From Clostridia bacterium (GTDB lineage Bacteria; Bacillota; Clostridia; TANB77; CAG-508), in assembly GCA_017404545.1 (NCBI GenBank), contig JAFRCC010000022.1:86448-150447 (forward strand): a stretch of 64,000 nucleotides of DNA, read 5' to 3'. Shown one piece after another: positions 28,826-38,012 of the stretch. The translations under genes and the position numbers were made by a program. The notes beneath the pieces were generated by a model that had not been told where the DNA came from, did no database searches, and saw only the letters and a program-made list of their open reading frames with translations. Each line of letters starts with the position of its first letter. Positions within the stretch are counted from its first letter, which is position 1.

Positions 28826-28878
28826 AAATATGACATCAATTTCACATTTATTATATTTTTTATCAGAATTAAAGTCAA
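28826..28878 (-). promoter_or_regulatory. Sigma-A promoter (-35 TTGACT 28873-28878, 17-bp spacer, -10 TATAAT 28850-28855) with an imperfect 10-4-10 palindrome AAATGTGAAA-TTGA-TGTCATATTT over the transcription start.
   Basis: Read directly. Candidate metalloregulator operator. Confidence 0.4.
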
Positions 28879-28917
28879 TATGTTTATTAATTTTATTTTT
28901 TTTAATCTATAACGCAA

Positions 28918-29670
28918 TTATTTACAGATAATATCCTTAACTACTTCTCCAGCTATTATTAAGCCTGCAACTGATGGCACAAAAGAAACACTTCCTGGTA
29001 CTTGGTTTCTTATAGTGCATTTTCTTTTTGTTCCTGGAGGACATATACAATTATTTTTACAGCTTGCTTCCGATTTATCATCTAGCTTTATAGGCTCTTC
29101 TTTTGAATATACAACTTTTAAATGCTCCACACCTCTTGCTCTTAGCTCTTTTCTCATAACCTTAGCAAGTGGGCATATACTTGTTTTATATATATCTGTT
29201 ACTTCAAATCTTGTTGGGTCAAGTTTATTTCCTGTTCCCATGCTTGATATTATTGGAATATTTAATTTTTTTGCTCTCATAACAAGTTCAATCTTAGCTG
29301 TAACCGTATCTACACTATCAACTATATAATCAACTGTATTATCTAAAATTTCATCGCTGTCTGGCATGAAGAATTCCTGCACAACTTGTACATTAGCATC
29401 TGGGTTAATTTCAAGAATTCTATCTTTTGCAACCTCTACCTTATATTTACCAATCGTTTTTCTTGTAGCAATTATTTGCCTATTAAGATTGGTTAAACAT
29501 ATTTTGTCATCATCAACTAATATAAAATTTGATACACCTGCTCTAACTAAACCTTCTACTACGAATGAGCCAACTCCACCAATTCCGAATACTGCTACTT
29601 TCGAATTTTTTAATTTATCTACTGCATCCTTTCCTATTACTAATTCTGTTCTTGAAAACTGATTCAACAT
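28918..29670 (-). CDS. tcdA: tRNA threonylcarbamoyladenosine dehydratase (TcdA/CsdL, ThiF family).
   Basis: VAVFGIGGVGSFVVEGLVRAGVSNFILVDDDKICLTNLNRQ. Confidence 0.75.
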   Translation of the reverse strand: MLNQFSRTELVIGKDAVDKLKNSKVAVFGIGGVGSFVVEGLVRAGVSNFILVDDDKICLTNLNRQIIATRKTIGKYKVEVAKDRILEINPDANVQVVQEFFMPDSDEILDNTVDYIVDSVDTVTAKIELVMRAKKLNIPIISSMGTGNKLDPTRFEVTDIYKTSICPLAKVMRKELRARGVEHLKVVYSKEEPIKLDDKSEASCKNNCICPPGTKRKCTIRNQVPGSVSFVPSVAGLIIAGEVVKDIICK

Positions 29671-29857
29671 TTATTTTTCTCCTTTTTAATCATATACTAA
29701 TCTTTTCTCAATATATATAATAAACTTTAACACCAAATTATACACTTTTTTTGAATTTTAAGCAATACGCTCAAAAAAAATATACCACAACCATTTAATA
29801 TTAGAACAATAACGAATATTATGATAATTGCGAAAGATAAAATTTAATGCAAAAAAA

Positions 29858-29905
29858 GCGCCCAAACATAGTTTTCCATGCCCAAGCGCTCTTTTTTGTT
29901 TCAGA
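29858..29905 (-). terminator. Terminator-like GCGC-clamped hairpin with flanking A/T runs downstream of the radical SAM gene.
   Basis: aaaaaaagcgc...gcgctctttttt read directly. Confidence 0.4.
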
Positions 29906-29913
29906 AAATAAAT

Positions 29914-30951
29914 TTAATTGATAGTTCCGTCCGAATGCACAATCTTTTCGTTGTTGTAGTTGTAATAGCGTCTGTTTCCTCCTGAAATATCCATGTATTC
30001 TTTGAACGAAATATTAACCGCTTCATCGTCCATAACATGCTCTCCTCCAATAAACAACCCAATTGGGATGCTTACTGTTGTAGTTCGATATCCGGATGAA
30101 TTGTAAACAACGTAAGGCATTCTTCCTGTATGCCACATAACAAACATATCCAGCACGCTCTGAAAAAGATTCGAAGAAATATTCTTGTTACTGTATACGT
30201 CTTGCGGAGTATAGTGTATATCGAGATCCGAGAACAATATATCTTTAAACCCAAGCTTAATTGCCCAGTCGATATAATTAAAAATCTCTTCTCTGCTATC
30301 AATACCACCGCTCTGACACACACAATGAAGTAAGATTTTGCTTTTTTGTCCAGAGCAAAGTCCACGCATATCGGATGTTCTCAGTAAATCGACACCAGCT
30401 CCGAAAATTGCTTCATTCGCATGATCGTCATAGTGATGTCTACTAAGAATGATTCTGTCAAACATATGGCAAATATCGCACTTTGCATTCTCTGCTACCT
30501 CATCTGCTCTCTTCTCACCCAACAGAATTCCAATAATAGCCTGCCTAACACCATTGTGGTTATACAGATGTTTCAGATAAAGGTCTCTTGCTCCGTTTGT
30601 AACAATCTGACACTTGATATAGTTATACTCCGACAATTCATCAAAACGCACAAAGTTATCAGGCTCAGAGCACTGCTCTTTTATTTTCCGTACAAGAGCC
30701 AAGATTTTGTCAAACTGAAGAAGTGGCTCTCCTCCTCCAAAGACAATACGTTTGCAGTATGGTGCATACTGAAGTACAGTTTCATCCACTTTTTCTAAGC
30801 AAACAGTTTTGCAATTCTGGGCCTTCACCTTATTATGGCAAAAGCTACAATTGCACGGACATTCCACTCCGTATTCCACGTAAAGCTGGTTTTTCTGCAT
30901 CGTACAATTGTCGTTTACCCGCTCTCTTTTGAAATCGAACATGGTTTTCAT
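29914..30951 (-). CDS. Radical SAM domain protein (CX3CX2C as CPCNCSFC, GGEP motif), ~40% GC versus ~28% in flanks.
   Basis: Motifs plus composition shift read directly. Confidence 0.65.
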   Translation of the reverse strand: MKTMFDFKRERVNDNCTMQKNQLYVEYGVECPCNCSFCHNKVKAQNCKTVCLEKVDETVLQYAPYCKRIVFGGGEPLLQFDKILALVRKIKEQCSEPDNFVRFDELSEYNYIKCQIVTNGARDLYLKHLYNHNGVRQAIIGILLGEKRADEVAENAKCDICHMFDRIILSRHHYDDHANEAIFGAGVDLLRTSDMRGLCSGQKSKILLHCVCQSGGIDSREEIFNYIDWAIKLGFKDILFSDLDIHYTPQDVYSNKNISSNLFQSVLDMFVMWHTGRMPYVVYNSSGYRTTTVSIPIGLFIGGEHVMDDEAVNISFKEYMDISGGNRRYYNYNNEKIVHSDGTIN

Positions 30952-31064
30952 TCCTCCCTTAAAATTTAATTACCTTAAACGGATTTCGCTATTATATCAA
31001 GAAATACAAATTATGTCAAATTATAAACTCATTTTTTTAAATATACAGTTCCATACACTTGAAA

Positions 31065-31352
31065 TTATACAATTTCTTTCAATTTATCTACAAATTTGTC
31101 ATAATACTCTTTTACACAACTTGAAATTTCAATGTACATTTTACATTCTTCAGGAAAAGTATGCACAGCAAAATGGCTTTCTGAAAGCAACCATAGTGCA
31201 GTGTATCCCTGAACCTCAAAATAGTGCTCAGCTTTTTTTACAATTTTAAAACCACTTTCTACTAATATATTTTCTAATCGATCTATTATTTCCTTTTCCT
31301 TTGTTACATCATAAGTTATCCACTTATTGTAGTTATACATAATAGCTTTCAC
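31065..31352 (-). CDS. Small pyruvoyl-type S-adenosylmethionine decarboxylase-like protein.
   Basis: LLSESHFAVHTFPEE matches the AdoMetDC processing/active-site motif (ES|H...HTWPE). Confidence 0.6.
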   Translation of the reverse strand: MKAIMYNYNKWITYDVTKEKEIIDRLENILVESGFKIVKKAEHYFEVQGYTALWLLSESHFAVHTFPEECKMYIEISSCVKEYYDKFVDKLKEIV

Positions 31353-31418
31353 TTCGCCATCTCCTTTGAACTAAAGCTAAACTGTAGTTTATTTTCTTAA
31401 TTCTTAAAATTTCAAATG

Positions 31419-32939
31419 CTACCAATTTTGTACTTCTTCGTTATAGTATGTAATTAATGAGGGCTCGAACATGTTATTCTCACTAATTTTCTCAAGGTCC
31501 ACACTCTCGTCTTTTCCAAATACAAATAATGAATCTATATTATCAGCACTAAGGTATTTCGTATCTACAACCAAGTCATGTCTATTATGCTCTCCATTAA
31601 ATGCCATATTAAATCCCCATTCTCCAAATGAAGGAACTTGTATATGGTATGGAATAACATTTTCAAATTGTGTTTTTATTGTTTTATTTATACACCAATA
31701 TGATTTAGGTGCATAGTATGGACTGGTAGACTGGCAAACCATCACACCTTCTGGTGTTAAAATGTTTTTTACATAGTTATAAAAAACATCGGTGTACAAT
31801 TTATTTAATGTTGTATTATTTGGATCTGGAAAATCAATTATTATAACATCAAACAATTCTGTGTTCTCTTGTACAAACATATACGCATCTTGATTAATAA
31901 TAGTTAATTTTTCATTATCTAACGAACCACCATTTAATTTTGTTATCTCACTATTGTTTCTACACAAATCAGTCATATCTTTGTCAATATCTACTAATAC
32001 AATTTTCTGCACATCATTATATTTTAATATTTCCCTTGCTGCCAACCCATCTCCGCCACCTAATACAAGTACATTATGATGAGACTTAGCATACATCATT
32101 GGTATATGTACCAATGCTTCATGGTATCTGTACTCATCCATAGAGCTAAACTGTAAGTTTCCATCTAGAAATAATCTAACATCATCCTTGTGTTTAGTCA
32201 TTACAATCTTTTGGTATGGTGTTTGCTCCGACAAGATAATATCGTCCCTGTATAATCCAGCTTCTATCTTTTTTGTAATTATATTTGCAGAGCACAAAAA
32301 AGCTATAATTATAGATAAACATGTAATTGATATTGTTAAAACTTTTTTAAAACCTTCTATCTGTGACTTATATTTTATAATTATTAAAATTGCGGTAATT
32401 ACATTTATAGAGCCTACTAATAGTGCCGTTGTTATAAAACCAAGTTTTGGAAATAAAAATAGCGGAAAAGCAATAGATCCAACTAATCCACCTATGTAGT
32501 CAAAAGTGAATATATTAGCCAAATTTTTTCTTACATCACTATTATTCCCTTCAATTATTCTTGTTAGTATAGGTATTTCTAATCCAACGAAAATTCCTAT
32601 TAAAATGATTAATACATACATTACCAAATCATATATTTCTGTATATATATTTGCCATAAATAGAATGAATGTAGAAAATCCACCTAGCAAGCCTATACTC
32701 ATTTCTACAAAAATAAATTTGTTAAACAGTTTATTTTTTACATATTTTGACAAATAAGAGCCAATTCCCATTGCACTCATATATAAACCAATTGTTATTG
32801 AAAATTGTGTTATGCTATCGCCTTGAATATATGAACTAATGGCACTTATTAATAATTCATATATAATTGAGCAAATCGATATTAAAAGTGTTGTTATAAA
32901 TAAAAGCTTTATATCGAATTTTATACTTTTCTCTTCCAT
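31419..32939 (-). CDS. Membrane-anchored polyamine aminopropyltransferase (spermidine synthase)-like protein. N-terminal polytopic domain (~7 TM) plus C-terminal SpeE-like domain.
   Basis: VLVLGGGDGLAAREILKY, VDIDKDM and IIDFPDP SpeE motifs. The start could instead be at 32954. Confidence 0.65.
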   Translation of the reverse strand: MEEKSIKFDIKLLFITTLLISICSIIYELLISAISSYIQGDSITQFSITIGLYMSAMGIGSYLSKYVKNKLFNKFIFVEMSIGLLGGFSTFILFMANIYTEIYDLVMYVLIILIGIFVGLEIPILTRIIEGNNSDVRKNLANIFTFDYIGGLVGSIAFPLFLFPKLGFITTALLVGSINVITAILIIIKYKSQIEGFKKVLTISITCLSIIIAFLCSANIITKKIEAGLYRDDIILSEQTPYQKIVMTKHKDDVRLFLDGNLQFSSMDEYRYHEALVHIPMMYAKSHHNVLVLGGGDGLAAREILKYNDVQKIVLVDIDKDMTDLCRNNSEITKLNGGSLDNEKLTIINQDAYMFVQENTELFDVIIIDFPDPNNTTLNKLYTDVFYNYVKNILTPEGVMVCQSTSPYYAPKSYWCINKTIKTQFENVIPYHIQVPSFGEWGFNMAFNGEHNRHDLVVDTKYLSADNIDSLFVFGKDESVDLEKISENNMFEPSLITYYNEEVQNW

Positions 32940-32940
32940 T

Positions 32941-33147
32941 TTACAAAACACCACTCATTACTATGGCTATTGCTATAAACATGCCACCTACCATTATTCC
33001 TACAGCTTTATTGTGATTATCTATTTCCTCCGTTAAGCTAAAGTCTTTTTTAAAAATCAATGCTGTAGTGAAATATCCTAAAATACAAAATATTAAACCT
33101 ATTGCAACATATATAACTATCTCAATAATACTTGATAAAAATGTCAT
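32941..33147 (-). CDS. DUF350 small membrane protein.
   Basis: 68 aa, two TM helices, NKAVGIMVGGMFIAIAIV motif. Confidence 0.5.
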   Translation of the reverse strand: MTFLSSIIEIVIYVAIGLIFCILGYFTTALIFKKDFSLTEEIDNHNKAVGIMVGGMFIAIAIVMSGVL

Positions 33148-33162
33148 AAAAATACCTCCCTC

Positions 33163-33369
33163 TTATCTAATTACAGTTCTAATTATTATTGCCACAGCAA
33201 TAAATATACCAGCAATTATAAAACCTGCTCCAACATTTTTTTCTTTTAATTCTTTGTTGAAATTATATGGAACACATAAGTCAAAAATAAACATACAAAT
33301 CATCATAAGAATAATTCCTATTGTTGCATATCCTATGCTCCTTAAAATTTCCATCCAATCAATATTCAT
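33163..33369 (-). CDS. DUF350 small membrane protein (paralog).
   Basis: 68 aa. NVGAGFIIAGIFIAVAII. Confidence 0.5.
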   Translation of the reverse strand: MNIDWMEILRSIGYATIGIILMMICMFIFDLCVPYNFNKELKEKNVGAGFIIAGIFIAVAIIIRTVIR

Positions 33370-33430
33370 ACTATTTTCCTTTCTTGCGCATTACACATGC
33401 ACATGCTATATTTTTATTATAAATATATCT

Positions 33431-33991
33431 TTATTTTCCAGAGCTGGTTCCCCCTCCAGAGCTACTTCGACTATTTATACTACTTTGCCTTGCTGATGTA
33501 GCATAACTTCTGTATTTTGAATTTTCATTGCTTGAACTATAAGTTCTGTAATAATAGCTTCTATGCGAACTATGATATGTTGATCCAGAGCTTTCTACAT
33601 ACTTCTTTTCTGAAACCTGAACATAAACTTTTCCGTTTTCCATATATACATATGCGTACTCTTTTGACGTTTCTAGCCCAATTCCATCTTCATCAGTAGT
33701 TTCATCTAAGTCCTTTGTCTTAGTTATACCTTCCGGTACACCATCTATAATATCCTTTACGGTTTCATCGATTGTTGAAAAAGATGATTTATATAACTGA
33801 GCTTTTTTATTGTTCTCATTGCTTGTAACTGACGTTACATATTCGTACTTAGATGATTGTTTCTTTAGGTACGTTCTCATAGACTTATTTGTTAATAAAC
33901 CTGGAACCATTGAAAAAATACAAATTATAAAATATACTGATATTACACCAATAAATGTCGTTACTCCGTTTTGTATTTGCTTTCTTAGCAT
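33431..33991 (-). CDS. Membrane-anchored protein with a Ser/Tyr/Arg-rich low-complexity tail. The start codon sits at the end of an A8 run and overlaps the upstream DUF4178 ORF by 107 nt.
   Basis: N-terminal signal-anchor MLRKQIQNGVTTFIGVISVYFIICIF. The tail is SHRSYYYRTYSSS...SRSSSGGGTSSGK. Confidence 0.4.
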   Translation of the reverse strand: MLRKQIQNGVTTFIGVISVYFIICIFSMVPGLLTNKSMRTYLKKQSSKYEYVTSVTSNENNKKAQLYKSSFSTIDETVKDIIDGVPEGITKTKDLDETTDEDGIGLETSKEYAYVYMENGKVYVQVSEKKYVESSGSTYHSSHRSYYYRTYSSSNENSKYRSYATSARQSSINSRSSSGGGTSSGK

Positions 33992-34448
33992 TTTTTTTGT
34001 CTATCTCTTCAGTAACATTCAATTCATTATCGTAAATTTTGTAACCAATACTAACTTCTCTTTCACCATCCCAGTTTTCAACGGAAATTATTGTATTATC
34101 TTCTTCACATAAGTAGTCAAAAAAATTACATAGTTCATGTATATCTACATCAGCATTTCCAAAGTAGCTTTTTACATAAGCATTTCCACTTTCATATAGT
34201 TTATATTTCTTTTCATTAACATTAAATTCTATATTACTCTCATTTACGAATCCTCTGTATGGTTCATAAACATAGTATTCTAGCCTATTATTTTCATCTG
34301 GCTCAATGCTAAGCCACGTATGCTTATGTGTTTGTACATTTACAATTTCGTATTCTTGCCACACCCATGTACCTTCTTTAAATTCTATCATGTTAATTAC
34401 TACATTCTTTTCGCCTCGAATATATATAACTTGTCCCTTTTTTAGCAT
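33885..34448 (-). CDS. DUF4178-like protein.
   Basis: GTWVWQEYEIV...WLSIEPDE pattern. The C-terminal ~35 residues look non-coding (overlap). Confidence 0.45.
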   Translation of the reverse strand: MLKKGQVIYIRGEKNVVINMIEFKEGTWVWQEYEIVNVQTHKHTWLSIEPDENNRLEYYVYEPYRGFVNESNIEFNVNEKKYKLYESGNAYVKSYFGNADVDIHELCNFFDYLCEEDNTIISVENWDGEREVSIGYKIYDNELNVTEEIDKKNAKKANTKRSNDIYWCNISIFYNLYFFNGSRFINK

Positions 34449-34463
34449 TACACCAAATCTCCT

Positions 34464-34922
34464 CTACTCATCAAATTCATTTAATATTTTTATATCTGAC
34501 TTTTTTATTACCTTTCCAATACTTATTTCTGTTATATTTCTCCATTTTTCTATTGATAGAACTCTATTTAAATTTTCTTTACTTTCATATTCATAATATT
34601 CGTCCACATCTCCAACGGCAACATCAGTTAATCCATAATATGTTTCCACTTTTCCCTGTCCTTTCTCAAATAAAGAAAACTCCTCGCCATGAAAATTAAT
34701 ATTCATTTTTAATTCTATTGCACTTTCATCTTGTATTTCATATAGAATTGCCTTTTGAGACAATTCTACATTTAAATAATAGCATTTAAAACTCTCCATA
34801 TTTTGCAATTTGTACTCTATCCAATACGAAGACTTTTCCACAAATTTTGTCATATTTAACACCTTATATCTATTGCCTTCAATTCTTATGATTTGGCTCT
34901 CTTTCAAACTCAATACATCCAT
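34464..34922 (-). CDS. DUF4178-like protein (paralog).
   Basis: SSYWIEYKL...YYLNVELSQ pattern. Confidence 0.45.
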   Translation of the reverse strand: MDVLSLKESQIIRIEGNRYKVLNMTKFVEKSSYWIEYKLQNMESFKCYYLNVELSQKAILYEIQDESAIELKMNINFHGEEFSLFEKGQGKVETYYGLTDVAVGDVDEYYEYESKENLNRVLSIEKWRNITEISIGKVIKKSDIKILNEFDE

Positions 34923-34943
34923 TAACTTATGCCTTTCTTTGAG

Positions 34944-36275
34944 CTATTTAAAATTTTTTATTTCTTCCCTTAAGCTTTTAAAATCAACTAATTTCCAAGA
35001 CCAATTTTCTGCTCTATCTACTCCTGGAAGATTAATTCTTGCACTATCATCCAGGCCTAAAATATCCTGTACAGTGAATACATCTATTTTTGATTTAGAC
35101 TTATTAAAATACTGCATCATACCAATATTAATATTTATATCATTACATTCATTATTTCTAAGAAATTTTTTTACATTCTCCTTATGTTCATCACTCAATG
35201 ACTTATACCATCCATATAAAGTTTGGCAATCATGGTTTCCTGGAAATGCTAGTACATTCTCATCATCATTATCAATATCAAATGAATTATTCAAATCTAG
35301 TGAAAATTGCAATATCTTTTGCCTTGTAAACCCATAGTGCTCTCTTAGTCTTTCAGTTTCGGCTCTTATATCGCCCAAATCTTCAACAATCAAGTCATCT
35401 GGATTTATATTTTTATATTTAAATAGTTCGTCGAAGAATCCATAACTAAATCCATCTGTATATTCACCATCTTTACCTGTAAGTCCAAACGGAATCCTAA
35501 AGAAAGAATCGTATCCTCTAAAATAATCTACTCTCAATTTATCAAATAATTTTAGCTGATATCTAAACCTATGTACAATATACTCGTAGTTATCCTTCTT
35601 TATATTTTCAACATTATATACTGGTGCATTCCATTTTTGCCCGTTATTATTATAATAATCTGGCGGAGTTCCTGCTTCAAAAGTATACTTTTTATCTTTT
35701 ATTTCATAGTATTTTGGATAGTAGATTGTTTCGACTGAATCAAAAACGGGATAGAATGGTAAATCTCCAATTATGTACACATTCTTTGCATTTGCATATC
35801 GCTTAAGCTCTATCCATTGTCTATTTAGTATAAATTGTAAAAATAAGTAGTACTCTACATCTTCCCCTTCAGTTTTATTCATATACTCGGCATATTGTCG
35901 CATTTCTTTATGTGTAATAAATCTATCGTATTTATCATTTTTCTTAAAATTTGCATATGCTTCTTTATAGTATTTTATTTTAAAATTATCATACACAGCT
36001 CTATCTGTAATTGGTCTTTCTTCTGGGTTACCAATTAATCCAGAGCTCTTTAATTTATCAAGTGATATAAAATCTTCTTCAAGTGCGTAGTAACTTATTG
36101 GTGAATATGGTAATCTATTACATGCATTAATTGGTAGAATTTCCCAATATTTTATTCCATTTTCACTTAATATATCTATAAATTCATATGCCTCATATCC
36201 AAAATCTCCAATTCCATATTTGCTTGGTAATGAATAGATTGGAAGTAATATACCTTTTTCTTTCATAATCTTCAC
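34944..36275 (-). CDS. malQ: 4-alpha-glucanotransferase (amylomaltase, GH77).
   Basis: N-terminal LLPIYSLPSKYGIGDFG motif. Length fits the short-form MalQ. Confidence 0.65.
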   Translation of the reverse strand: MKIMKEKGILLPIYSLPSKYGIGDFGYEAYEFIDILSENGIKYWEILPINACNRLPYSPISYYALEEDFISLDKLKSSGLIGNPEERPITDRAVYDNFKIKYYKEAYANFKKNDKYDRFITHKEMRQYAEYMNKTEGEDVEYYLFLQFILNRQWIELKRYANAKNVYIIGDLPFYPVFDSVETIYYPKYYEIKDKKYTFEAGTPPDYYNNNGQKWNAPVYNVENIKKDNYEYIVHRFRYQLKLFDKLRVDYFRGYDSFFRIPFGLTGKDGEYTDGFSYGFFDELFKYKNINPDDLIVEDLGDIRAETERLREHYGFTRQKILQFSLDLNNSFDIDNDDENVLAFPGNHDCQTLYGWYKSLSDEHKENVKKFLRNNECNDININIGMMQYFNKSKSKIDVFTVQDILGLDDSARINLPGVDRAENWSWKLVDFKSLREEIKNFK

Positions 36276-36326
36276 TCTTTCTTTTGTTTATTTATATTTT
36301 TCTTATGTTTATAATTTAATTAAATT

Positions 36327-36983
36327 TTACATATAAAATTCCCCATTATTTAGCTTCTTTATATATTCAAAGTCATCTATATGCATCAAATATACATTTG
36401 TTCCATTTGCTTTTATCTCTTTTAATTTATCAATTATATCTTCAAATTTTAAATGAACTCCACCAAACTTTGATGTATCCACGTAAAATTCATCACAATC
36501 GTCTACATATGGCATGTATGGATCCAATGTACATGTATCTCCTGTATATACAAGTTTTCTACCATTTACATCAATTTTGAATCCATATGCATCCATTTGT
36601 GCTACATGCTCTGTTTTTATAAATTTAATTCCAAGAGCGTTATCTGTTATTTCATATCCTTCGTCTACAGTTCCAGAAATTTCTAAAAATTCTCTCATTT
36701 TGTCACATTTAGTAACTACTATTACCTTTTTATGATATATAAACCAGCAATATAATATAAACTGGCTAAGTGATCCTGCATGGTCGTTGTGTAGATGCGT
36801 AATTACCACGTATATGTTGTTGTACTTGTTATAATCAAATCTATTTTTTATATTATTAAAAACTGCAAATCCACAGTCTATTATCATTAAATCATTTCCA
36901 ATTTCAATATATCCAGAATTATTATTATCTCCAAATCCCGAATCTTTTCCTAAAAAATTAATTGTTGAACTCATAATTATCAT
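36327..36983 (-). CDS. MBL-fold metallo-hydrolase.
   Basis: HxHxDH as ITHLHNDHAGSL. Confidence 0.65.
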   Translation of the reverse strand: MIIMSSTINFLGKDSGFGDNNNSGYIEIGNDLMIIDCGFAVFNNIKNRFDYNKYNNIYVVITHLHNDHAGSLSQFILYCWFIYHKKVIVVTKCDKMREFLEISGTVDEGYEITDNALGIKFIKTEHVAQMDAYGFKIDVNGRKLVYTGDTCTLDPYMPYVDDCDEFYVDTSKFGGVHLKFEDIIDKLKEIKANGTNVYLMHIDDFEYIKKLNNGEFYM

Positions 36984-37140
36984 ATCCCTTCACTAATATA
37001 AACTAGACACATTATATCACTTTGAAAAAAAAAATAAACCCATATTATATAACAATATTATTTCATTTGATGCTCTAAGAGCTGAGACAGGCAGGGAAAA
37101 TTTCCCCGCCCGCTCCATCAGCTTATGCAATTGTTATCCG

Positions 37141-37815
37141 TCAGCTCTGGCTCATCATGATAAGAATATTGTTGCTAAGTTCATTCGGAAGCTGCCAGTT
37201 GTTTGCTCTACCATATTTTTTTGAATACAGCTCAGTTCCAACCAGCGCTCTCTTGAACACTTCCGGATACTTAACGCCAACATCCTTAAGATACTGCTCG
37301 CAAAGATTCGTCTTGAATATACGTCTGGATTCCCACGCCTGCATCATGTAATACAGAATATACTGGGCCTCAATGGGGCATGTGGGAATGTTCAGGTCCT
37401 GCCGGAGCGTAAACCATTCAATTTCCTCCAACTCGTAGCGATACACCGTGCCATATGTTTCAATGGTAATATCACCAATCAAGTCAAACGGAACACCATC
37501 CATCTCAGCTTCCTTGTAGTACGGACTGGTAAATGCGGCCTTCTGAATCGTATTGTGGTTAATTTTTCCACCCAAAGATTCAAAAACCTCTTCAAAGGCA
37601 GGAACGTCTTCCGGGGCAATGAGCAAATCAAAGTCATTGAAGTGGTCGTGAATACCACGAAGGAACAATGAGAGCGACATGCTTACCGCCCAACGTACGT
37701 TTTTTGTAGCCAGTTCAGTACAGAGCTTCTTAAGAATTGCCGTTTTGTCTACAAACTTGTGGCTCGTAAAGAGCGACATCTCGTTTGCAGCCCGCTGATA
37801 GTCGTATCTTTTCAT
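37141..37815 (-). CDS. Nucleotidyltransferase-fold protein (antibiotic nucleotidyltransferase-like) on a ~45% GC islet.
   Basis: SMSLSLFLRGIHDHFNDFDLLI resembles the NTase GS-x9-DxD core. The composition is strongly atypical. Confidence 0.4.
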   Translation of the reverse strand: MKRYDYQRAANEMSLFTSHKFVDKTAILKKLCTELATKNVRWAVSMSLSLFLRGIHDHFNDFDLLIAPEDVPAFEEVFESLGGKINHNTIQKAAFTSPYYKEAEMDGVPFDLIGDITIETYGTVYRYELEEIEWFTLRQDLNIPTCPIEAQYILYYMMQAWESRRIFKTNLCEQYLKDVGVKYPEVFKRALVGTELYSKKYGRANNWQLPNELSNNILIMMSQS

Positions 37816-38012
37816 TTTACATCAACCTTTCTTCTTGAGATTTTTTGATATCGACTGCTTAAATTTTAACATAAATTGTTAATTTATTCAAGGTATTATG
37901 TAAAACATTCTAATTATATTATTACTATTTAATAGTTATGATAATAATAAAACCATAGAACAACCCTTTCTCTGACCTTATTAAATAAAAAGTGTTAAAA
38001 TGTAACATTATA

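Noticed and set aside
32940-32954. Longer start (MVFCKM...) for the SpeE-like gene overlapping the DUF350 gene by 14 nt
   Set aside because: An internal ATG at 32937-32939 gives a 1-nt gap after the upstream stop and keeps the full first TM helix. The longer start is kept as a less likely alternative.
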